From the UHGV virus genome UHGV-1658101: 12,536 bases of DNA. One strand, written 5' to 3'. The first letter of the stretch is position 1; every line of letters starts with the position of its first letter. The notes beneath the pieces were generated by a model. It was not told where the DNA came from. It ran no database searches and saw nothing but the letters and a program-made list of their open reading frames with translations. Positions 1 to 9,050 of the stretch are shown one piece after another. The position numbers were made by a program, and so were the translations under genes. The stretch is from a virus.

Positions 1-41
1 TGAAGTCGCAAAAATCGGGGTCAAAAAGCACATCTGTTACA

Positions 42-596
42 TCAAGAGTCGGCATTTTTATCCCTCACAACATGGGTAATGGCTCTGCGATATTGCCCGG
101 TGTCGATTAGCGGTTTCACCAGATCGGTTCCGGGGGACTCGCCAGCAGCGCGTCGGGCAAGCTCCGCTTTCGCCCCTTTACGCCCTCGACGCGCGCGGGC
201 TTCAACGGTGCTATCAGCAAGCGGTGTAAAGCCGGTAATAGTCATGTAACGCCTGACGCCATTAGCGGCCAGCGTTCCGGCACGGTTGAGCGCTCTTTCC
301 GCACCCGCCGCATTACCATCAAGCGCAGCCTGCGCCGCTGCTTTGAGCTGCGGCACTGTCTGTTCTTCTACCGATTTAACGCCGGGGACCAGGTGAGGTC
401 GTGGCGGGATGTTTTGCGCCGGTGAGCCGTATTCGTTGAGGTAACCGATCCCGGCATTACCAAACGGAACATCCTCACGCTCGCTGTCTGCTTCCGGGAT
501 ACCCACCAGCACTTCTTTTTTACTGATGGATTTGAGCGCATCCAGAATGGCCTGAGCGTTATCCACCCTCGTTGTTACACCGCTTTTGAAGCTCAT
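42..596 (-). CDS. Phage virion structural protein, function unassigned (possibly head completion or neck)
   Basis: 184-aa ORF with ATG at 596-594 overlapping the upstream stop as ATGA; Ala/Arg-rich; sits at the distal end of the head gene block. Product inferred from position only. Confidence 0.5.
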   Translation of the reverse strand: MSFKSGVTTRVDNAQAILDALKSISKKEVLVGIPEADSEREDVPFGNAGIGYLNEYGSPAQNIPPRPHLVPGVKSVEEQTVPQLKAAAQAALDGNAAGAERALNRAGTLAANGVRRYMTITGFTPLADSTVEARARRGRKGAKAELARRAAGESPGTDLVKPLIDTGQYRRAITHVVRDKNADS

Positions 597-1000
597 AGCT
601 GGCGACCGCCTGCGCCAAACATCGTGATCAACTGATAAAATTCAGCGCCATATCGGGTGTTATTCCAGAAACCTGCATCAGGATTCAGCGTCGCGCTGGT
701 GTCATAGCTGACGCTTACCTTATCCACGGACTTTGAGGACTGAACACCATTGGTTGAACCGCCCGGCCCGCCAGCCAGCATCGCCCGGCTGTCTGCCGCC
801 CAGAGCGTCATGTAGTGTGCAACGAACAATCCGGCAAAGTACGGAAACAACTTTTTGCCGGTGACGTTTTCGCTCAGCAGTTCATCGGCCAGATTCAGAC
901 GAAACTGGATTTGCGCTTCGGGATATTTGGCAGGGTCAGCAAACTGCGGGAAGTCGCGGCGAAAATCACTTACCGCTGGCAGACTTTGATTCTTTGGCAT
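593..1000 (-). CDS. Small phage head-tail structural protein (DUF4054-like by position and size)
   Basis: 135-aa ORF; ATG at 1000 preceded by GAGGT about 6 nt upstream; lies two genes downstream of the major capsid gene as in Mu-F/DUF2184-type head modules. Confidence 0.55.
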   Translation of the reverse strand: MPKNQSLPAVSDFRRDFPQFADPAKYPEAQIQFRLNLADELLSENVTGKKLFPYFAGLFVAHYMTLWAADSRAMLAGGPGGSTNGVQSSKSVDKVSVSYDTSATLNPDAGFWNNTRYGAEFYQLITMFGAGGRQL

Positions 1001-1187
1001 TTTTTACCTCGTTACGCGCGTCAGTGGCTTTGCCAACGGATACTTCCGCGTGCGCACGAGTGAACCAGTGCGTGGCAACGTCTTCCTCCACTGCATGACG
1101 GCCTTTAACAAACTCGCGCCGAGAACCGTCGGGAAGCGTGAGCACAAACGGGGTATGTACGTGTATTACTGCATTATTTTTTGCCAT
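966..1187 (-). CDS. Small hypothetical phage protein
   Basis: 73-aa ORF; ATG at 1187 preceded by AAGGA; overlaps the next gene by 35 nt; begins 42 nt after the capsid gene stop. Confidence 0.45.
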   Translation of the reverse strand: MAKNNAVIHVHTPFVLTLPDGSRREFVKGRHAVEEDVATHWFTRAHAEVSVGKATDARNEVKNAKESKSASGK

Positions 1188-1202
1188 CGGGTCATCCTTA
1201 AT

Positions 1203-1219
1203 GGCCCCGCAAGGGGGCC
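1203..1219 (-). other. GC-rich stem-loop immediately downstream of the major capsid gene
   Basis: Minus strand GGCCCC-CTTGC-GGGGCC (6-bp G/C stem, 5-nt loop) between the capsid stop at 1229 and the next RBS; no U-tract, so not a classical intrinsic terminator. Confidence 0.35.
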
Positions 1220-1228
1220 ATATGGCTG

Positions 1229-2170
1229 TTAAATGCCATCAACGTACGAAATGGTTTCTTTGTACACTGGCTCGACTGCACCCAGCTTGCCGTAGTAAGT
1301 GACGATCTGATACAGACCGCGATACTGCACCGGCACACTCTGAAGCGGAACCAGCGGGTAGCGGACGTATTTTTTATCGTTGGTGTACGCAACCATGCGA
1401 TCCTTATTCCCCACACCACGGCCTTTCAGCCATTTAACCGCGCGGATATTCAGCGGAATACCGTTCTGGTGATAGCTGATGGTGTTGGTCTGAAGGTACG
1501 TCAACAGGGACTGGTTACCAGCAGATGAAACGATGATGCTGGACAACAGAGCAAACTGCTCAGGTGGGATCAGCAAATCACTCGGAACCACAGAGTAACC
1601 GGAAGCGGCCCACGCATCAGACAGCACCTGGTTAATGCTTGCGCGGATTTCGTCCGGTGTTGAGGTTGCCCACGTTTTGGCAGCGTTGTTGACAGGAACA
1701 CCGTTCAGGGTAACAAGGCCTTTCAGGTTTAATGCGGAATCGCCAACATACACCTGTTCATCGTTATCCATCTGCCATTTCAGTTGCATCCCGTCATACT
1801 TCTGCGTATCAATCGGGCGTCCGACCTGCTGAGCAGCCTGCAATTCTATGACCGTCCAGCCAAGTTCCATCCCCCACAGGTTCAGCGGGTTACCGGATTT
1901 GCCGATATCCACGTTTACGCCAGCAATAGCAGTTGAGTCTTTGCCTACCCAGTTTTTGCCATTCGGATTTGCACCAGTACCCGCAGCGGCGAAGCTGGTA
2001 TTCGTCCAGCTGGAAATGTCATCTGCGATAGAGACATCTTCACGCAGTTGGATATCGCGGGTCCAGGTGTACCCCACCAGTGGCAGGTTCAGCGTCTGGT
2101 CTAGTCGTTCCAGCTCCCCGATGAGAAAGGCACCAGAGCTGTCAACGGTTGCCTGATCAAAAGTAATCAT
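1229..2170 (-). CDS. Major capsid protein (HK97-fold, DUF2184-like)
   Basis: 313-aa ORF; ATG at 2170 with AAGGA RBS; size and position after the scaffold/protease and decoration-like genes fit a major head subunit. Confidence 0.7.
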   Translation of the reverse strand: MITFDQATVDSSGAFLIGELERLDQTLNLPLVGYTWTRDIQLREDVSIADDISSWTNTSFAAAGTGANPNGKNWVGKDSTAIAGVNVDIGKSGNPLNLWGMELGWTVIELQAAQQVGRPIDTQKYDGMQLKWQMDNDEQVYVGDSALNLKGLVTLNGVPVNNAAKTWATSTPDEIRASINQVLSDAWAASGYSVVPSDLLIPPEQFALLSSIIVSSAGNQSLLTYLQTNTISYHQNGIPLNIRAVKWLKGRGVGNKDRMVAYTNDKKYVRYPLVPLQSVPVQYRGLYQIVTYYGKLGAVEPVYKETISYVDGI

Positions 2171-2181
2171 TCGTCTGTTCC

Positions 2182-2688
2182 TTAAATCTTCCAGGAAATT
2201 TCTGCATTGCCGTCAGCATCACCGGCACCTGTGAATTCAGCGTTGGTCAGCACCACATTTTTGCCACTGACTGACGTGGACATGAATCCACCCAGCGGCA
2301 CTTTGATGGATTCATCAGTGGAGACGACAACGTATACCGGGTCGCCTTTTTTGATGGTGCTGGCATCAAAATCAGAACCGAGATTAACGGTCACGTAGCC
2401 ACGCTTCATGGCGTCGCCAGGGAAGTTCTTGCCACTCCCCACCTGGCGAACCATGTCCGGCTGCGAAGTGGTCGGATAAGGGCGCACATAGATCCCCTTC
2501 ACCTTGTCTGCGGTATCACCATCTGCCAGCGGCACGAAAAAACCGTCATCATCGTATTTACCAGCCAGCCCATAGGCAGCAAAGGCGTTATCGGATTTAA
2601 GGACCACCGGTTCGACGGTTAAGTCCTGCGGACGAGAGACAGCCCCGGCAATGCCAACAGGCATCCGGTACAGAAATACATTATTCAT
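2182..2688 (-). CDS. Putative capsid decoration or auxiliary head structural protein
   Basis: 168-aa ORF; ATG at 2688 with AAGGG RBS; Gly/Val/Asp-rich and beta-strand-like; lies between the scaffold-like gene and the capsid gene. Confidence 0.5.
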   Translation of the reverse strand: MNNVFLYRMPVGIAGAVSRPQDLTVEPVVLKSDNAFAAYGLAGKYDDDGFFVPLADGDTADKVKGIYVRPYPTTSQPDMVRQVGSGKNFPGDAMKRGYVTVNLGSDFDASTIKKGDPVYVVVSTDESIKVPLGGFMSTSVSGKNVVLTNAEFTGAGDADGNAEISWKI

Positions 2689-2691
2689 TTT

Positions 2692-3912
2692 TTACCCTTT
2701 ACGGTTTGCCCAGAATTCAGCGTTTTGTTTGTTCAGGGAAGCGATACTGGTCATGCCCATATTTGGGCGCTGTGCATCGCCGGTGGTGGCGCGGGTGTTT
2801 CGCCCTTTGGCAATCTCAGACACGGCATTAAACGCCATGTTGACCGATTGTTTCGGTAATTTGCGGATATCCGCATCACCGACGATCTGGCGAACCAGCG
2901 TTTTATCTGCGGAAGCCAGAACCTCGCGTTTGAACGCGGTCGGTTTCATCTTACGGCTCAGATCGATACCCGGAACGATAACTTCGGCACGCCAGGCTGA
3001 GTCACCAGTAATCGTGGTTTCCTCTTCATCGTCCTCGCCGTCACCGGTCGGATTATCGTCAGGCTTATTGTCGTTATCGCCCGTCGCATTTCCTTCCAGC
3101 TTAGCCAGCAGGGCTTTCAGTAATGTTTTGAGGTCATCATCACTGTCGCCGGTTGGACCTCCACCCATCTCTGGTGCTTTGTCCGGTAGTGGTTGCTGCG
3201 GGGACAGGTTGATGTTGAGATTAACGCCCTGCGGCAAATCCCCCTCATCTCCTGTAACCGATGCGGGAGCCGACTCCACCAGTTCGTTCATGGTGTCGGC
3301 ATCTCCTGTCTTGATGGCTGCACGCATGCGGGTCCACCAGTTTTTCTTTTGATTTGCCATTGTGTCTCTGTCTCCAATTGCACAACGATTTCCGGCTCTG
3401 CCTTTAGGGACAAGAGCCACATGGTTTCCGGTAATATCGACCTGCTCGGCTTTACCTGGCTCGGTCTGCTCGTACTCCGCGTCATAGCCACACGACACTT
3501 CACGCAGGCCATCTTCGATAAGCTGAATGGCGCTTTCGTCTTTGACGATAAGGTCAGCCAGCATCAAATCAGACAGCTCACCCGTCCCGCGCCGCACATT
3601 CTGAAGATGCCCGACAGCAAGCTCTTTCCAGTTCTCGGGATTTACCAGCCGCACATTCCCGTTTTCATCTTCAGGATGCAGGATCGTGATGCTCATCCCT
3701 TCGAATGAGGCGAGCGTGGCCGGATGGAATACCTGCTCAGGAGAACGCGTTACGACTATCTCACCGAGCTTGTCTGGTTTGAGGTTTGGCAGATCGGCAG
3801 CGCCGTAGAGCTGCTTACCAGTTCGACCTATCGGCACGTCTTTGCACAGCAGCGAGCCGTCAGCCAGCTGATAGCGGGTTTCCCCCAGCCGGGTATTGAA
3901 AAAATATTTCAT
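2692..3912 (-). CDS. Putative prohead protease/scaffolding protein (DUF2213-like)
   Basis: 406-aa ORF; ATG at 3912; N-terminal globular domain of about 180 aa, a strongly acidic Gly/Asp/Glu linker (DSDDDL...GDGEDDEEETT) and a helical Lys/Ala-rich C-terminus, matching Mu gpI-type protease-scaffold architecture. Confidence 0.6.
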   Translation of the reverse strand: MKYFFNTRLGETRYQLADGSLLCKDVPIGRTGKQLYGAADLPNLKPDKLGEIVVTRSPEQVFHPATLASFEGMSITILHPEDENGNVRLVNPENWKELAVGHLQNVRRGTGELSDLMLADLIVKDESAIQLIEDGLREVSCGYDAEYEQTEPGKAEQVDITGNHVALVPKGRAGNRCAIGDRDTMANQKKNWWTRMRAAIKTGDADTMNELVESAPASVTGDEGDLPQGVNLNINLSPQQPLPDKAPEMGGGPTGDSDDDLKTLLKALLAKLEGNATGDNDNKPDDNPTGDGEDDEEETTITGDSAWRAEVIVPGIDLSRKMKPTAFKREVLASADKTLVRQIVGDADIRKLPKQSVNMAFNAVSEIAKGRNTRATTGDAQRPNMGMTSIASLNKQNAEFWANRKG

Positions 3913-3926
3913 GTGTTACCTGCGAT

Positions 3927-4700
3927 TCAGGCGGGATAAGAATGGGAGGTGGGAAAAACGATTTCTTTATAACAGCGACAATTCGGGAGCTCGCCAGCGT
4001 GACCGGTCATGCCATCAAGCGTTGGAGGTTTGCCCCATTCGACAAACTTACCTTCCATCTCCCGATGAGAATGCCGGACGTCGCCATCTTCGGCTGTTCG
4101 CCAGATATAACCATTCGAGCCGATTGACAGCGCACGCGCCTGATCCAGCGCGCCGGTTGCACGTCCAAGCTCGGTACGGGCGATAAGGTTCGCTCGTGAG
4201 CGTGACACGTCACCGGACGCAGCTATCTCTTTCGCGAATGGCTCAGCGCGGCCACCAGTCACAACAGCCTCGATGGCTTTGTTCTGAATGTCATATACCC
4301 GATCGGCGGCCTCAAGAGGCAGCGATTTGATGTACTTAATTTGCTCGATCACGATGGATTTCATCACCTGGCCTACCGGGGCGCGGTCGACCATGTTGCG
4401 CAGCTCTGCGCTGATGTTCCGGCTGTGCTGACGCCACTGCTTTTCATTCTGGCGTGCAATGTCGGCGGTAAAGTTCTCAGCAACCTTCGTCGCCCAGGGG
4501 GTGATGATTTCGCTGTAGCGCTCCAGCGCATCCATTATTTCGGTGACACTGTCATTTGAACCATCGTAGCGACCATTTACGATATCCCCGACCGCCCGCG
4601 CTATCTGCCGTAGGCTCGTTCGATATCGGATTTCCGCCTGGCGACTCTGGCGGTTTGTCGCCAAGTTCGCCGATGCCTGGCGGCGCTTCGTCTTCGGCAT
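3927..4700 (-). CDS. Head morphogenesis protein (Mu F / SPP1 gp7 family)
   Basis: 257-aa ORF directly downstream of the portal; ATG at 4700 with GAGGA 8 nt upstream; overlaps the portal 3' end by 149 nt. An alternative ATG at 4535 would remove the overlap but lacks an RBS. Confidence 0.7.
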   Translation of the reverse strand: MPKTKRRQASANLATNRQSRQAEIRYRTSLRQIARAVGDIVNGRYDGSNDSVTEIMDALERYSEIITPWATKVAENFTADIARQNEKQWRQHSRNISAELRNMVDRAPVGQVMKSIVIEQIKYIKSLPLEAADRVYDIQNKAIEAVVTGGRAEPFAKEIAASGDVSRSRANLIARTELGRATGALDQARALSIGSNGYIWRTAEDGDVRHSHREMEGKFVEWGKPPTLDGMTGHAGELPNCRCYKEIVFPTSHSYPA

Positions 4701-6018
4701 TCTCTATGTCCTCGTCGGTAATGGATGCCCCGATGCCGGTTACGTCAGAATTTTCGCGCAAATCGGTCATAGCGGCTTTCAGTGTCATCAGACCATCACC
4801 CAGCGCCGTACTGATTGCGTTGGTGGTGTTTAACGCCACCGTTGAGCGATCGACATCAGACATTTGCCAGAGCGGGTTAAACTCAAACGTGAAATCGTCC
4901 GGCAGCGGCTTGCCAAGTTCCGAACGATGCATGATGTCCAGTATCCGACGCACCGGAAGACGTAAACGTCTCTCCTGCAGCGAGCTTACCCGATCGTAAT
5001 AGTTGGCAAGGTCTGCATCACCGGTAGAAAATCCCTTCGGGGACTGTCCGAACAACCGCACCAGTGGGATACCAACAGCGCCACTAATCTGTTCTGCAAA
5101 CTGCGAAAGGATGTCATCCAGACCACTGAAGCTGTACTGATGGGTTTCAAACTTATCCCGCGAGTCCATGAGCGTCATGCCTTCATTACTCTGGAACTGT
5201 CGAATCAGGTCGATATTCTTCAGCAACGCTTCATACGCAGGACCACCAAGTGCGATAAGCTCACGTAGCTTCTCCACGCTGTAGGTACGCAAATGCGCTT
5301 TGTAGACCAGCTGCGCCGCGCCGACAGTGGCGCTGTCGAACGCAGTAAGCCGATCCCAGATACGCTCTACAACCGACATTCCCCATTCGTTTTCGGTCAT
5401 CTTCTGCTGGAATGGCAGCGTCACCCCGTCGAAGCGAATCAGGCGGCTGTGATGGATGCGCCAGGCCGGGATGCCCGTTGCAGTGGTCACCACGTCGTAA
5501 AACTCAGGTTTACCCAGGTCCGGCCCCATCTCTTTAATGCGGCGGGTCAGCACAGGGTTAATCATCCAGCGGTCGAGCGGGAGAATGCCCTTAAACTTGC
5601 CTTCTCCAATGGTTTCGAGCCGCAACGGGGTCATTGGTGCCTGCCCCTCAATCATGATGAAGCCAACCGCGCCGCCGTAGAGACGCGACCATTTCATCAC
5701 GTCGTTCAGCGCATCCCAGATCTGCAACTCATCCAGCTGCGCTTCCAGGGTGCCACGGTCTTTGGCGTCAATCTCCGAAGTGATGCGAATGCCTTTCCGG
5801 GTCATATCGTCCGGGATAGCGTCGACCGCTTCGCCGATGATCCAGGACGAACGATAGGACCATTCCACCAGCATGCGGTTGCGGCTGGTGAAGTTAGCCC
5901 GGTAGGTCGATGCTGAGTGCTGGTTAGGTGTCTGCATCCCTACGCGGGCGATAAAATTCTCATAACCATCAGCTGTGGCCTGCGCAGTTCGCCGCAGGGC
6001 TTGTTTGTTTCGTGCCAT
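4552..6018 (-). CDS. Phage portal protein
   Basis: 488-aa ORF immediately after the large terminase (TGATG start/stop overlap at 6018); size and position typical of a portal; low-complexity Gly/Pro/Glu C-terminal tail. Confidence 0.8.
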   Translation of the reverse strand: MARNKQALRRTAQATADGYENFIARVGMQTPNQHSASTYRANFTSRNRMLVEWSYRSSWIIGEAVDAIPDDMTRKGIRITSEIDAKDRGTLEAQLDELQIWDALNDVMKWSRLYGGAVGFIMIEGQAPMTPLRLETIGEGKFKGILPLDRWMINPVLTRRIKEMGPDLGKPEFYDVVTTATGIPAWRIHHSRLIRFDGVTLPFQQKMTENEWGMSVVERIWDRLTAFDSATVGAAQLVYKAHLRTYSVEKLRELIALGGPAYEALLKNIDLIRQFQSNEGMTLMDSRDKFETHQYSFSGLDDILSQFAEQISGAVGIPLVRLFGQSPKGFSTGDADLANYYDRVSSLQERRLRLPVRRILDIMHRSELGKPLPDDFTFEFNPLWQMSDVDRSTVALNTTNAISTALGDGLMTLKAAMTDLRENSDVTGIGASITDEDIENAEDEAPPGIGELGDKPPESPGGNPISNEPTADSAGGRGYRKWSLRWFK

Positions 6019-7640
6019 CAGGCCTGTCTCCCTAGCAACTCCCAGATGTTCAGGGCTGAATTCATTGGGGCATAGTTGATCATCACCGAGTCGGCAAGAT
6101 TTGGCGACCGGGTCCCATCAGGCTGTTTATCAATAACGATTTTTCCCACACCATTAATGGAATAGGTCGGCTGCGAAAGCTCGATGATGAGTTTATCTTT
6201 GAGTGCCATGCTACTGCTGATTGAGATGATTTCGTCCGGGTTGTAAGCCATACCTTCAACCACGGCGCGCCAGGTATTCTGAAAAAGTTTACGTAACCGC
6301 CACCAGCTTTGTGCTTTGGCGTTAGCGAAGAAGTCCTTGTTCAGACGTGCGGCTTGCCCGTTGTCCCCGCGAACAGCTTCATCATCCGGATCAAATACCG
6401 CGCCACTACCTCGAAACGGTGTGGCGAGTATTGACGGTCGACGCGCAGCGTTACGCAGTTCGTTGATAGCGCGTGCATCGCCGCGAACGCCAGCGCCCAG
6501 CCCGTCCTCGTCAAAGCGAAACTCTTCGAGGTTATCCTGTTCGCAAAAGCCGAAAACCTTCTCGACGGACTGATAAATGTCGCTGCCCACACCGGACCAT
6601 TCCCGCACATTTTCCAGGAGGAAGCCATGACGGGTGGAAAAGGCATTTTTGTCCCTGCCTTCGTCGGCGACATCCATCGCGCCAAGTCGTTTGCCTGTTG
6701 GCTGGATACCCAGTTTGATATGCGCATCAACGGCAGCCTGTACCCATTCGGATGGAATCAGGACGCCTTCCGCTGATGCGCTGTAGTTCAGATCAAGTTC
6801 CTGTGCCACCACCACCGGATTATCGATTTTCTCGCATTCCCTGCGATACCACTCTTCATCCTTGCGAGGATCATCCCGCCAGTGGAATGTGAATACCGGT
6901 ATCTTCCCGCCATGACGCTTCTGAGCGAACGGGTTCGCCATGCCGTTAACTGAACTCAGGTCGATACGGCAACGCGTCGTTTGTGACAACGCCGCATCAA
7001 TCAGCAGAGGACGCTGAAGGAATGCAGCCTCATCAACCAGATAAAGCGTGGTACGGTCACCACGACCAATATTATCGCCAGCCTCGCCTTTGATAACGGC
7101 ACCAGTTTCAGGAAACTCAACACGCATATATGGCGCGTGCTTCTTCTCGCTCCACGAACCGCGAAACTCTACAGGCAGTGTTTCCACGAACTTGCGCGCC
7201 TTCCAGAACAATGCTTTCGGGTCACCGGTGCTGTCGACGTATTCCTCTTTACGGGAGCCGAAACCGATAACCATTTCTTTGTTGAAGAGACAAAGCGAGC
7301 AGGCCAGTCCGATCGCGGTCCAACTGAGCCCCATTTCACGGGATTTTTCGGTAATACCATTCTCCCGATTGCCCCAGCGTTCCATAATCCAGTGGATCCA
7401 CTCCTCCTGCTTAGGGAAGAGTAAAAACGGAATGGTCACCGGCAGGCCATAATCAATATTACGCGGGTCCGTTGTCATGCCCCAGTCGATGATGAACTGA
7501 GCCGGGTTGGTTCGGTAAAACTGTTTTAGTGCTGGCAATATTTCAGGGTTCTGGCGAATGCGCTGTAGGCGTTCCATCCGCCATTCAAAAACCATCTGGT
7601 AATCAGGATGTTTAAAATCGAAGGGAAATGGTAACGGCAT
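6018..7640 (-). CDS. Terminase large subunit
   Basis: 540-aa ORF; candidate P-loop [11 protein letters not shown], Walker [13 protein letters not shown]-terminal acidic nuclease-like region ([10 protein letters not shown]); follows the small subunit with a 2-nt gap. Confidence 0.9.
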   Translation of the reverse strand: MPLPFPFDFKHPDYQMVFEWRMERLQRIRQNPEILPALKQFYRTNPAQFIIDWGMTTDPRNIDYGLPVTIPFLLFPKQEEWIHWIMERWGNRENGITEKSREMGLSWTAIGLACSLCLFNKEMVIGFGSRKEEYVDSTGDPKALFWKARKFVETLPVEFRGSWSEKKHAPYMRVEFPETGAVIKGEAGDNIGRGDRTTLYLVDEAAFLQRPLLIDAALSQTTRCRIDLSSVNGMANPFAQKRHGGKIPVFTFHWRDDPRKDEEWYRRECEKIDNPVVVAQELDLNYSASAEGVLIPSEWVQAAVDAHIKLGIQPTGKRLGAMDVADEGRDKNAFSTRHGFLLENVREWSGVGSDIYQSVEKVFGFCEQDNLEEFRFDEDGLGAGVRGDARAINELRNAARRPSILATPFRGSGAVFDPDDEAVRGDNGQAARLNKDFFANAKAQSWWRLRKLFQNTWRAVVEGMAYNPDEIISISSSMALKDKLIIELSQPTYSINGVGKIVIDKQPDGTRSPNLADSVMINYAPMNSALNIWELLGRQA

Positions 7641-7642
7641 AC

Positions 7643-8197
7643 TTAGCCCATCATTTTTTTATACGCTTCTGCAGCCTGCTCCGGCGTTAAGTTGGTAATT
7701 TCTGTTCTGACTGGGCCTCCATCAGCGCCAGTCACTTCATTTTTGACGTTGTCTTTAAACGCCTGAACAGAAACATGACGCCCAAGCAACTCAAGGTTTT
7801 TAACCTTATCAGGCCATTTGATTTTCTTCAGAAGTGCGGCGCTATCTGCTGATGCCATCTCGACGACATCCATTCCTGATAGCGTTGTACGCCACACCTT
7901 AGGCCAGTCTTTAATCGGCTTCAGTTCGCCATTGGCAAGCAGGATATCCAGCACGTCCATCTGATCGATTTCAGTCAGCCGTCGCAATACATAGGCAGCG
8001 TCTATACCTACCTCTTCATTGCGTTCAGCCTTTAGCTCAGCAATGCGATCTGCTATGTCAGGTTTTGACAGGTTCTCGCTACCAGTGGCGCGAGCAGTTT
8101 TCTCGCTGTAACCCGCCCTGATAGCTGCCTGAGTGGCGTTTAAATCTTTTAAATATTCCCGGCAGAACAGTTCCTGCTTAGGTGTGAGCTGTTTCAA
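7643..8197 (-). CDS. Terminase small subunit (P27 family), probable TTG start
   Basis: Conserved N-terminus [28 protein letters not shown]. The ORF-track start at 8248 is a TTG inside the HNH gene; an in-frame TTG at 8197 with GGGGG 6 nt upstream sits 1 nt after the HNH stop and gives MKQLTPKQ..., with no in-frame ATG nearby. Confidence 0.75.
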   Translation of the reverse strand: MKQLTPKQELFCREYLKDLNATQAAIRAGYSEKTARATGSENLSKPDIADRIAELKAERNEEVGIDAAYVLRRLTEIDQMDVLDILLANGELKPIKDWPKVWRTTLSGMDVVEMASADSAALLKKIKWPDKVKNLELLGRHVSVQAFKDNVKNEVTGADGGPVRTEITNLTPEQAAEAYKKMMG

Positions 8198-8198
8198 A

Positions 8199-8696
8199 TC
8201 ACACCCCCGAAACGTTGCTCCAATTTCTATGATTAACGATGTCAGCAATCATGGTAGTGGATACGCCATATCTCTTTGCTAAAGACCTAAGCCCATTACC
8301 TACACTCCCGCGCACATACTCGCGGCGAATGCAGATGACATCGCACTCTTTTAATTTCGCCATTCCGTTCTTTTCACCTGAACGGTCAGGGTATGAGTTT
8401 CTGCCTCGCCTTGACCTGTCACGATTATTGTCAGCGACAGTACCTATAATCAGATGGTCAGGATTCACGCATGATGGATTATCGCATTTATGCCTAACAA
8501 CCAGGTCCTTGATGCTATCTAGCGAAATTCCGTTAGCTTCGCAGTATGCGATTCGATGTGCGTAGTGCGGCTTTCGTGAAATGTGCTTCTGCCCATACCC
8601 TCGCTTATTTATGTAGCCGGTATAAATCACACACTCTCCGACATACACATCATCCGGATGGGAAAACAGCTCTTGTTTGTCTGTGAGCTTTGCCAT
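8199..8696 (-). CDS. HNH homing-type endonuclease, terminase-associated
   Basis: 165-aa ORF; ATG at 8696 with GGAG RBS; motif HKCDNPSCVNPDHLIIGTVADNNRDR (HNH_3-like) and N-terminal YTGYINKRGYG...HYAHRIAY; immediately upstream of TerS. Confidence 0.85.
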   Translation of the reverse strand: MAKLTDKQELFSHPDDVYVGECVIYTGYINKRGYGQKHISRKPHYAHRIAYCEANGISLDSIKDLVVRHKCDNPSCVNPDHLIIGTVADNNRDRSRRGRNSYPDRSGEKNGMAKLKECDVICIRREYVRGSVGNGLRSLAKRYGVSTTMIADIVNHRNWSNVSGV

Positions 8697-8720
8697 TGTT
8701 GGCTCCGTTTATCCGTTAAA

Positions 8721-8742
8721 AGGGATATCAGTTAAGTTATCC
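8721..8742 (-). other. Weak hairpin upstream of the HNH gene
   Basis: GGGATA-N10-TATCCC inverted repeat followed on the minus strand by TTTTAACGG; AT-rich stem, so weak as a terminator. Confidence 0.2.
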
Positions 8743-9050
8743 CGTGTAGGGTATAAGCCATTGTCGAGACCACTCATTGAATGGCCTCTGCAATAACCGA
8801 TGTCTTTCCATCAGTCCGCCACCACAAAGAATCTTTTTTGCCATAAGGCTGGAGGTTCATCTTTCAGTGGCTGCCAGTGTTATTTCCCCACTTACTGGCT
8901 TGGGTTGTTTCGCTGTACTGCCGTTAACTGGTGGCGCACAGATTTAGTTAAATCCGTTCTCGCATGATCCAGCTTTTACATACCTGGATTGTGAGGGATG
9001 TAAATCACGGTTTCATTATCAAGCCCACCAGTAGATGGGCTTTGGAATGG

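Noticed and set aside
1198-1419. 73-aa minus-strand ORF overlapping the 3' end of the capsid gene
   Set aside because: It is in a different frame inside the major capsid CDS and continues into the hairpin region; no RBS.
2651-3352. 233-aa plus-strand ORF rich in Ser/Pro/Leu
   Set aside because: Antisense to the protease/scaffold-like gene; low-complexity composition typical of a shadow ORF opposite a GC-rich coding strand; no RBS or operon context.
4556-5916. Plus-strand ORFs 4556..4999 (147 aa) and 5293..5916 (207 aa)
   Set aside because: Both lie antisense within the portal gene and are Arg/His/Ser/Pro-rich with no recognisable domain; all supported genes are on the minus strand in one tight operon.
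6316-7452. Multiple plus- and minus-strand ORFs inside the large terminase gene (6316..6573, 6341..6730, 6473..6718, 7048..7452, 7137..7424, 7169..7360)
   Set aside because: Alternative-frame or antisense ORFs within a well-supported terminase gene; Arg/Pro/Ser-rich translations with no start-site support.
8774-8860. 28-aa minus-strand mini-ORF (MNLQPYGKKDSLWWRTDGKTSVIAEAIQ) in the rha-HNH gap
   Set aside because: Weak RBS, very short, no recognisable motif; cannot be separated from chance without conservation data.
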